Shown: positions 53,290-64,000 of the stretch, piece after piece
Numbering within the stretch: the first letter of the stretch is position 1
Layout of the letters: each line of letters starts with the position of its first letter
Origin: Octopus sinensis
Lineage: Eukaryota
NCBI RefSeq assembly: GCF_006345805.1
Contig: NC_043006.1
Location: forward strand, 55,428,001 to 55,492,000
DNA length: 64,000 bases
Direction of reading: 5' to 3'
Made by a program: the position numbers and the translations under genes
Notes under the pieces: model-generated
Told to the model about the DNA's origin: nothing
What the model saw: only the letters and a program-made list of their open reading frames with translations
The model's database searches: none

Positions 53290-54674
53290 TCGAAACCCCC
53301 TCTCTCAATGCATAAAAGAGAATTGGAAACGATTCCTGGACGATTGTTTTATACTCTGGAATGAAAACACAGATAAACTCCTAACATTCAAAAACCTATT
53401 GAACAGCATCAACCCAAATATACAGTTCACAATGGAATACAACCAAAAGGAGCTTCCATTCTTAGATATACTAATTAAAAAAATTAACCTTAAAATAGAA
53501 ACAGCCATTTTTTACAAAGCCACAGACGCTAAACAATACCTACTTTTTGATTCATGCCACCCAAGACACACTAAAACAAACATCCCTTTCAACCTTGCAA
53601 GAAGGATATGCACAATAGTGTCAGAACAAAATACCTGGAACCTTAGACTACAAGAACTCAAAAACACACTAATTGACAGACACTACCCAGCTCAACTCAT
53701 AAAGGATGGGATCAGACGTGCAACAGAAATCGACATAGAAATTTTGAGAAAAGTTCAACGCAACAACACACCTTCCCCGAAAATACTGCCTTACATATCC
53801 ACATACAACCCCAGAAACAAAGAAGCCTTCACCATCATCACCAGAATTTACCAATACTTCATAAGGACCCTAAATTAAAGGATATTCTAAACATACTTAA
53901 AATCATTAAAAGCTACAAACAACCTAAATCTCTTAAAAAGATTCTCACAAAGGCAAAATTGTTTTCTGAAATTACGGATGCAAAAGTAGACCAAACTGCG
54001 CAACATGCCCAAACCTTCTAGAAGGATCAGAATTCCTTTTCAAAGAGGGACAAAAATTCAAGATCAAATCTAATTTTACTTGTGCTTCTGAAAACATAAT
54101 TTATGTCATAAGATGCTCGGGCTGCCACCAAAACTACGTGGGGTCCACGGAACTATCACTCAGACGTAATGCACTCTGCATCGACAACAGATTGCATTCC
54201 CAGAATACAGAATGATACCCTTTAGTGAGCATATTGAGAAATGCGCAAAGCAACTACTACCACAATTTTTAATCTTTCCATTTTATCAATGTGCTATTGG
54301 AACACCAACACAAATTAGACTAAACAAGGAAACATTCTTCATTGAAAAATATAAGCCCAAACTTAACCACTCAAACATTCTTATACAGAGAAATTCACCC
54401 CATTAAATAAAAGGGAAAAGAAATATAAAGCGATTATCTCCCTTATACCGGAAAAACTCGCTTATTACCTCCCCCTACCTGGAACTCTTCTTTGCACTTC
54501 ATAACGAAGACATAACACGATGTTTTGAGAAATTTGAAAAGTTAACACGAAACCGGTAATTTCTTCAAAAATTATGTCACTGTATGAAAAAATTTTATAA
54601 CATTCTTCTGACATAATGACTCAAATATATTTTTTAACCTTTTAAAACAAGCCTTCTGTAGTTTTTTCACTTTT

Positions 54675-54680
<6 letters not shown>
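53290..54680 (+). mobile_element. 5'-truncated Penelope-like element (RT C-terminus, GIY-YIG, pLTR)
   Basis: Reads WKRFLDDCF...NIQFTME...PFLD...FDSCHP, then NIIYVIRCSGCHQNYVGST...FFIEKYKPKLN (ending at 54406). Confidence 0.92.
54523..54570 (+). ncRNA. Hammerhead fold, U3-A8 variant
   Basis: TTTTGAGAAAT-TTGAAAA-GT(TAAC)AC-GAAA-CCGGTA-ATTTCTTCAAAA. Confidence 0.65.
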
Positions 54681-54736
<56 letters not shown>

Positions 54737-54799
54737 CCATGAACTTACTTCATTTGTCGGGTCTTCGCAGTTACAGCATATCTCTGAGACAAATAAAGT

Positions 54800-55111
54800 C
54801 AGTACATGGCTCGCAGGATGGCCTGCTGTACTAACCTTGGATCGTAGGGTGACCTGCTGTGCTTGAGGAGACCTATTGAATCAATTAGATCAACGTCAAA
54901 ATAAAAATCAAATAGAAATTGTAGTTGTGATACCCGTGCCGGCGGCACGAAAAAAGCTCCCACTACACTCACGGAGTGGTTGGTGTAAGGAAGGGCATCC
55001 AGCTGTAGAAACACTGCCAGATCAGTCTGGAGCCTGGTGCAGCCTCCTGGCTTCTCAGACTCCGGTCGAACTGTCCAACTCATGCTAGCATGGAAAACGG
55101 ACGTTAAACGT

Positions 55112-55152
<41 letters not shown>
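54800..55152 (+). mobile_element. SINE-like repeat with RTE-related 3' part and (GAT)n tail
   Basis: ggaagggcatccagctgtagaaac ... catgctagcatggaaaacggacgttaaa, followed by (GAT)n. Confidence 0.65.
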
Positions 55153-55154
<2 letters not shown>

Positions 55155-55229
55155 ATATACTGGCTGCTTTATCATATACGAGCAAAATCATTACTAGAAA
55201 AGATCATTGAGTTATTGATAATGCAATGT

Positions 55230-55410
55230 GAGGCCCTTATATGATTCTTGAGCCCTGTCAAAGATTTGCACAGGTTATTGCATAATGCACAGTTGTGCTG
55301 ACTGTCAGAAGGAATCGGTGCCAAAGTATGAATTCCTTTGGCATGTCTTTTTAATTCTCCAACTGAACGGCACACCTTTCCACGGGTTGCACATGTTCTG
55401 TTGTCAACAA
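55230..55410 (-). pseudogene. Two C2H2 zinc-finger-like motifs, probably a LINE C-terminus relic
   Basis: Reads CATRGKVCRSVGELKRHAKGIH and CALCNNLCKSLTGLKNHIRASH. Confidence 0.5.
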
Positions 55411-55518
55411 TAGTATGTAGATATTGTGTTAAAAAAACATGGCGGATAGAAAAAGTCGAAATCTGCCCAGGCTTCATCGGTTCAAAATATAGTTAGATAT
55501 ACATATATCTGAGTGTGT

Positions 55519-55580
<62 letters not shown>

Positions 55581-56071
55581 TCGTGTCTTTATATGTTTTG
55601 ACCTTTACTCCGATAGAACTAGTGTTGTTTACATTGTATCATTGTACCGTTTGCAAACAGTCATCTAATGATTTACAGCTGTTGATAATGAGATTTGATT
55701 TTTAAATTCCTTGAATTTGCCAACTGCGTCTCTGTTTTTGAAATACAATCTACTTTTGGTATTTTTTGTAAGAATGGAAACCTAATTTTTAAAACTCTTT
55801 ACAATATTTCGTATGTAATGCTGTTATCGATTCATGAATGTTTTGCCACTCAGTTTTATATTGTATTCTATGTTTCGGTCAAAAATTTAACACACCCATT
55901 GCTATGGAAAAACCAAGTTGTCTTAGATCATATATTTGATATGGCATACTCATTTGATTACAAATTCTGACTGTTTTTTCTCTTGTAGCAAAGCAATCTA
56001 TTGACAGTCATCTTCAACTTTTATCTTAAACCCAAAATAGAAGAGCTTTTCCCCATTCTTTCCATAATTTT

Positions 56072-56289
<218 letters not shown>

Positions 56290-56979
56290 TCTGCTGAGTC
56301 TATCGCCAATATTGTCACGCCTCCTTCCTTCAAACGGGAGGAAGAGCTATTTTCATCATCCTTGTGGCTATGGCGAAAGAATGTATCTGGTGGACGCGTC
56401 TGAAAGGATTGGAGACAAACACTTTCCTCTCTGGTCAATCTCTCATCAACTTCTTCAAGTACCACTTGAAAAGGAAAGTGAGAGTAGAGAGGCAAGTTTT
56501 GTCTAGCGAATGTTTTAAAAAAGGATGGGTGAATGTAGCAAGGATGGCACGTATGAATGACGAAGCCACCTTGAGCATAATCCTATGAACCCAGAAATTG
56601 AAAACAGAGGGTTACCCACTTGCAAACAAATGTGGTAACATATAACAATATTGACCGAGGTTACCGTGGTCTTTTTCGTAGGCTTTTCTTCCCACGAATA
56701 AACCTTATCTGCTTCCCCCTTTACACCGTACATCATGACACTGTGATACACGATCCCTATTGATCGTTTTGTTTCCTCTTCCCCTTTTTTCCTCCTTTTT
56801 TATTCTTTTTTCTTTTCTTTTGTTTCTTTTCCTTTTGTTTTTTTTTTTTTCTTTTTTACCTTTTACGATCCCTTTTGATCGAAAACCTACGCCACTTTTT
56901 TTTTTCATCCCCAAAAGAAAAGCTCTACCTTGTAATTTGTCCCATCTGTGTGCAGCCCTGTATGGCCAATAAAGAAACT
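56290..56979 (+). mobile_element. L1/Tx1-like LINE 3' end, copy 2
   Basis: Closely similar to 27577-28302 and starts about 20 nt further 5'. Confidence 0.65.
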
Positions 56980-57094
56980 TATCTATCTATCTATAAACCT
57001 CGAATAACATCCACACAAAATTTCGCCTCTTTGTGGACAAAATTTTAAAAATTCTGAAAGGTTTCGTGGTTTGATTTTAGCCATATATATTTTC

Positions 57095-57692
57095 GGCGAA
57101 AGAATGTATCTGGAGGACGCGCCTGAAAGGATTAGAGACAAACACTTTCCTCTCTGGTCAATCTCTCATCAACTTCTTCAAGTATCACTTAAAGAGGAAA
57201 GTGAGAGTAGAGAGGCAAGTTTTGTCTAGTGAATGTTTTAAAAAAAGATGGGTGAATGTAGCAAGGATGGCACGTATGAATGACGAAGCCACCTTGACTA
57301 TGATTCTATGAACCGTAAAAATTTATACAGAGAGTTGCTTATTTGCAAAAAAAAAGAAATATAACATGTGACTTCATTGACCGAGGTTACCGTGGTCTTT
57401 TCCGTAGGATTTTCCACGGGTAAACCTCACCTGTCCTCCCTTTACACTTCATATTGACATTTCTGTGATAACGATCCCTATTGATCAAATTTTTTTCCTT
57501 TACCTTTCACCCTCCTTAAAATTAAAAAAAAAAAAATTATTTTATCCCCCCCCCTTTTTTTGTCCTCTTTCTTTCCATTTACGATCCCTTTTGATCGAAA
57601 ACCAAACCTCCTTCTTTTACCCCCAAAAGAAAAGCTCTACCTTGTAATTTTGTCCTGTCTGTGTGCAGCCCTGTGTGGCTAATAAAGAAACA
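57095..57692 (+). mobile_element. L1/Tx1-like LINE 3' end, copy 3
   Basis: A more diverged homolog with a different 5' truncation and a long (TCTA/TCTG)n tail. Confidence 0.65.
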
Positions 57693-57789
<97 letters not shown>

Positions 57790-57806
57790 GTCTGTCTGTC
57801 TATCTG

Positions 57807-57861
<55 letters not shown>

Positions 57862-57878
57862 GTCTGTCTGTCTATCTG

Positions 57879-57921
<43 letters not shown>

Positions 57922-57946
57922 GTCTGTCTGTCTGCCTGTCTGTCTT

Positions 57947-58033
<87 letters not shown>

Positions 58034-58058
58034 GTCTGTCTGTCTGCCTGTCTGTCTT

Positions 58059-58117
<59 letters not shown>

Positions 58118-58142
58118 GTCTGTCTGTCTGTATGTCTGTATG

Positions 58143-58387
58143 TTGACCGAGGTTACCGTGGTCTTTTCTGTAGGCTTTTCTTTCCAGGGATAAACCTTAA
58201 ATGTTTCCCCCTTTACACTTTACATCATGACATTTCTGTGATATACGATCCCTATTGATCGTTTTTTTCCCTTTTGATCGAAAACCTACCCCCTTCTTTC
58301 TTTTCTTTTTTTTCTCCCCAAAAAGAAAAGCTCTACTTTGTCATTTGTACCCCCTGTATTCAGTCCTGTGTGGCTAATAAAGAAACA
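58143..58387 (+). mobile_element. L1/Tx1-like LINE 3' UTR, copy 4
   Basis: Starts at ttgaccgaggttaccgtgg; (TCTA)n on both sides. Confidence 0.65.
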
Positions 58388-58495
<108 letters not shown>

Positions 58496-58888
58496 ATATT
58501 TGTGTGTGTATATGTGTGTGTGTGAGTTTTACTCATTGAAGATCTTGCGATTACATTGGGTTTGAATCGTTTTAACGTTTCTTGCTGATCTCATTGTTGC
58601 TTCATATATATTATATGGTTTTTATGGGCTCTATGGAGCACTTTTTTTCATGTCTGTTATCTTAATTTTCATTTCGTTAGAAACTGACTTACTTGTTAGT
58701 TTTGGTTACATATATAAAACATTATTATGTGAATTCAAAAAAATATTTAACAAAATGTATTTTTCATTTGAAGAAATAGTTGGTTTGCATTTCTATCATA
58801 TAATACAATTTATATTTGATTTATTTTTTATTATTAGCCATAATGTCTGATGTATTCGTTGAGACACGTATTAATATGCGCACAAGTG

Positions 58889-58937
<49 letters not shown>

Positions 58938-59161
58938 TGCGTGGGTGTGAATCTGTATAAGTAAAATAAAGAGATAGTTGTAAACTTAATCACATGTCAT
59001 TTTGAAATGATGTAGTATGTTGAATCAAATGTACTATAAGGTGTGTGAAATTCAAAATACAGTTTACCAAACATAAATTATACTACTGACACAAGACAAC
59101 ATGAAATCACACTGAACAGCAACGAACAGGAAATACAAACATGTACATCCGAGAACAAACT

Positions 59162-62100
59162 ACAAGCGACATATCTAGGTTATTCAGGCATATGATGTGG
59201 AAACTGTGGAGATAGAGAGCTAATGAGAGTTATATTTTCGTATGTTCCGTCTGTTTCGATACTGATATCCAATACCTCATTCTCATGCACACATACACAC
59301 AAACAAGCGACATATCTAGGTTATTCAGGCATATGATGTGGAAACTGTGGAGATAGGGAGCTAATGAGAGTTATATTTTCGTATGTTCCGTCTGTTTCGA
59401 TACTGATATCCAATGCCTCATTCTCATGCACACATACACACACACACACAAGCGACATATCAAGGTTATTCAGGCATATGATGTGGAAACTGTGGAGATA
59501 GGAGCTAATGAGAGTTATATTTTCGTATGTTCCGTCTGTTTCGATACTGATATCCAATACCTCATTCTCATGCACACATACACACACACAGACAAGCGAC
59601 ATATCTAGGTTATTCAGGCATATGATGTGGAAACTGTGGAGATAGAGAGCTAATGAGAGTTATATTTTCGTATGTTCCGTCTGTTTCGATACTGATATCC
59701 AATGCCTCATTCTCATGCACACATACACACACACAAGCGACATATCTAGGTTATTCAGGCATATGATGTGGAAACTGTGGAGATAGGGAGCTAATGAGAG
59801 TTACATTTTCGTATGTTCCGTCTGTTTCGATACTGATATCCAATGCCTCATTCTCATGTACACATACACACACACAAGCGACATATCTAGGTTATTCAGG
59901 CATGTGATGTGGAAACTGTGGAGATAGAGAGCTAATGAGAGTTATATTTTCGTATGTTCCGTCTGTTTCGATACTGATATCCAATGCCTCATTCTCATGC
60001 AACCATACACACACAAGCGACATATCTAGGTTATTCAGGCATATGATGTGGAAACTGTGGAGATAGGGAGCTAATGAGAGTTATATTTTCGTATGTTCCG
60101 TCTGTTTCGATACTGATATCCAATGCCTCATTCTCATGCACACATACACACAAACAAGCGACATATCTAGGTTATTCAGGCATATGATGTGGAAACTGTG
60201 GAGATAGGGAGCTAATGAGAGTTATATTTTCGTATGTTCCGTCTGTTTCGATACTGATATCCAATGCCTCATTCTCATGCACACATACACACACACAAGC
60301 GACATATCTAGGTTATTCAGGCATATGATGTGGAAACTGTGGAGATAGGGAGCTAATGAGAGTTATATTTTCGTATGTTCCGTCTGTTTCGATACTGATA
60401 TCCAATACCTCATTCTCATGCACACATACACAGACACACAAGCGACATATCTAGGTTATTCAGGCATATGATGTGGAAACTGTGGAGATAGGGAGCTAAT
60501 GAGAGTTATATTTTCGTATGTTCCGTCTGTTTCGATAGTGATACCCAATGCCTCATTCTCATGCACACATACACACACACAAGCGACATATCTAGGTTAT
60601 TCAGGCATATGATGTGGAAACTGTGGAGATAGGGAGCTAATGAGAGTTATATTTTCGTATGTTCCGTCTGTTTCGATACTGATATCCAATACCTCATTCT
60701 CATGCACACATACACAGACACAAGCGACATATCTAGGTTATTCAGGCATATGATGTGGAAACTGTGGAGATAGGGAGCTAATGAGAGTTATATTTTCGTA
60801 TGTTCCGTCTGTTTCGATACTGATATCCAATGCCTCATTCTCATGCACACATACACACAAACAAGCGACATATCTAGGCTATTCAGGCATATGATGTGGA
60901 AACTGTGGAGATAGGGAGCTAATGAGAGTTATATTTTCGTATGTTCCGTCTGTTTCGATACTGATATCCAATACCTCATTCTCATGCACACATACACACA
61001 CACAAGCGACATATCTAGGTTATTCGGGCAGATGATGTGGAAACTGTGGAGATAGAGAGCTAATGAGAGTTATATTTTCGTATGTTCCGTCTGTTTCGAT
61101 ACTGATATCCAATGCCTCATTCTCATGCACACATACACACAAACAAGCGACATATCTAGGTTATTCAGGCATATGATGTGGAAACTGTGGAGATAGGGAG
61201 CTAATGAGAGTTATATTTTCGTATGTTCCGTCTGTTTCGATACTGATATCCAATGCCTCATTCTCATGCACACATACACACACACAAGCGACATATCTAG
61301 GTTATTCAGGCATATGATGTGGAAACTGTGGAGATAGGGAGCTAATGAGAGTTATATTTTCGTATGTTCCGTCTGTTTCGATACTGATATCCAATACCTC
61401 ATTCTCATGCACACATACACAGACACACAAGCGACATATCTAGGTTATTCAGGCATATGATGTGGAAACTGTGGAGATAGGGAGCTAATGAGAGTTATAT
61501 TTTCGTATGTTCCGTCTGTTTCGATACTGATATACAATACCTCATTCTCATGCACACATACAAACACACAAGCGACATATCTAGGATATTCAGGCATATG
61601 ATGTGGAAACTGTGAAGATAGGGAGCTAATGAGAGTTATATTTTCGTATGTTCCGTCTGTTTCGATACTGATATCCAATGCCTCATTCTCATGCACACAT
61701 ACACACACACAAGCGACATATCTAGGTTATTCAGGCATATGATGTGGAAACTGTGGAGATAGGGAGCTAATGAGAGTTATATTTTCGTATGTTCCGTCTG
61801 TTTCGATACTGATATCGAATGCCTCATTCTCATGCACACATACACACACACAAGCGACATATCTAGGTTATTCGGGCATATGATGTGGAAACTGTGGAGA
61901 TAGAGAGCTAATGAGAGTTACATTTTCGTATGTTCCGTCTGTTTCGATACTGATATCCAATGCCTCATTCTCATGCACACATACACACACAGAAGCGACA
62001 TATCTAGGTTATACAGGCATATGATGTGGAAACTGTGGAGATAGGGAGCTAATGAGAGTTATATTTTCGTATGTTCCGTCTGTTACGATACTGATATCCA

Positions 62101-64000
62101 ATGCCTCATTCTCATGCACACATACACACACACAAGCGACATATCTAGGTTATTCGGGCATATGATGTGGAAACTGTGGAGATAGAGAGCTAATGAGAGT
62201 TATATTTTCGTATGTTCCGTCTGTTTCGGTACTGATATCCAATGCCTCATTCTCATGCACACATACACACACACAAGCGACATATCTAGGTTATTCAGGC
62301 ATATGATGTGGAAACTGTGGAGATAGGGAGCTAATGAGAGTTATATTTTCGTATGTTCCGTCTGTTTCGATACTGATATCCAATGCCTCATTCTCATGCA
62401 CACATACACACACACAAGCGACATATCTAAGTTATTCAGGCATATGATGTGGAAACTGTGGAGATAGGGAACTAATGATAGTTATATCTTCGTATGTTCC
62501 GTCTGTTTCGATACTGATATCCAATACCTCATTCTCATGCACACATACACACACACAAGCGACATATCTAGGTTATTCAGGCATATGATGTGGAAACTGT
62601 GGAGATAGGGAGCAAATGAGAGTTATATTTTCGTATGTTCCGTCTGTTTCGATACTGATATCCAATACCTCATTCTCATGCACACATACACACACACAAG
62701 CGACATATCTAGGTTATTCAGGCATATGATGTGGAAACTGTGGATATAGGGAGCTAATGAGAGTTATATTTTCGTATGTTCCGTCTGTTTCGATACTGAT
62801 ATCCAATACCTCATTCTCATGCACACATACACACACACAAGCGTCATATCTAGGTTATTCGGGCATATGATGTGGAAACTGTGGAGATAGGGAGCTAATG
62901 AGAGTTATATTTTCGTATGTTCCGTCAGTTTCGATACTGATATCCAATGCCTCATTCTCATGCACACATACACACACAGAAGCGACATATCTAGGTTATT
63001 CAGGCATATGATGTGGAAACTGTGGAGATAGGGAGCTAATGAGAGTTATATTTTCGTATGTTCCGTCTGTTTCGATACTGATATCCAATACCTCATTCAC
63101 ATGCACACATACACACACACACACACAAAAGCGACATATCTAGGTTATTCAGGCATATGATGTGGAAACTGTGGAGATAGGGAGCTAATGAGAGTTATAT
63201 TTTCGTATGTTCCGTCTGTTTCGATACTGATATCCAATACCTCATTCTCATGCACACATACACACACACAAGCGACATATCTAGGTTATTCGGGCATATG
63301 ATGTGGAAACTGTGGAGATAGGGAGCTAATGAGAGTTATATTTTCGTTTGTTCCGTCTGTTTCGATACTGATATCCAATACCTCATTCTCATGCACACAT
63401 ACACACACACAAGCGACATATCTAGGTTATTCAGGCATATGATGTGGAAACTGTGAAGATAGGGAGCTAATGAGAGTTATATTTTCGTATGTTCCGTCTG
63501 TTTCGATACTGATATACAATGCCTCATTCTCATGCACACATACACACACACAAGCGACATATCTAGGATATTCAGGCATATAATGTGGAAACTGTGGAGA
63601 TAGGGAGCTAATGAGGGGTATATTTTCGTATGTTCCGTCTGTTTCGATACTGATAACCAATACCTCATTCTCATGCACACATCCACACACACAAGCGACA
63701 TATCTAGGTTATTCAGGCATATGATGTGGAAACTGTGGAGATAGGGAGCTAATGAGAGTTATATTTTCGTATGTTCCGTCTGTTTCGATACTGATATTCA
63801 ATGCCTCATTCTCATGCACACATACACACACACAAGCGACATATCTAGGTTATTCAGGCATATGATGTGGAAACTGTGGAGATAGAGAGCTAATGAGAGT
63901 TATATTTTCGTATGTTCCGTCTGTTTCGATACTGATATCCAATACCTCATTGTCATGCACACATATACACACACAAGCGACATATCTAGGCTATTGAGGC
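59162..64000. repeat. 141-bp tandem satellite, about 34 units, truncated by the window end
   Basis: caagcgac recurs at 59163, 59304, 59449, 59593, 59734, 59875 and onward; length varies only in the (CA)n part, apart from one 1-nt deletion. Confidence 0.99.

Noticed and set aside
59162-64000. Satellite as a CRISPR array, a coding repeat or a hammerhead satellite
   Set aside because: No unique spacers and a eukaryotic context; stops in all frames; the CTAATGA and GAAA motifs do not form an HHR geometry.

Overview
Eukaryotic, AT-rich, repeat-saturated DNA with no host gene I can support. The SINE families, microsatellite load and LINE types look like a coleoid cephalopod, probably Octopus; this is recognition, not a search result. 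The window is a patchwork of decayed or nested mobile elements: Penelope-like elements (PLEs), two young 5'-truncated CR1-type LINEs, R4/Dong-type REL LINE fragments, an L1/Tx1-like 3' end repeated five times beside (TCTA)n, Tc1/mariner copies and MITEs, Helentron/Helitron relics and tRNA-derived SINEs. A 141-bp tandem array runs off the right end. The most notable signal is a set of minimal type I hammerhead-ribozyme (HHR) folds in several unrelated PLE terminal repeats. Four long inverted repeats carry an HHR-bearing 3' end pointing outward. Two HHRs show compensatory swaps of the catalytic-core 3-8 pair (G3-C8 and U3-A8), and others show a purine-purine mismatch at the base of stem II. All folds were done by eye and activity is untested.
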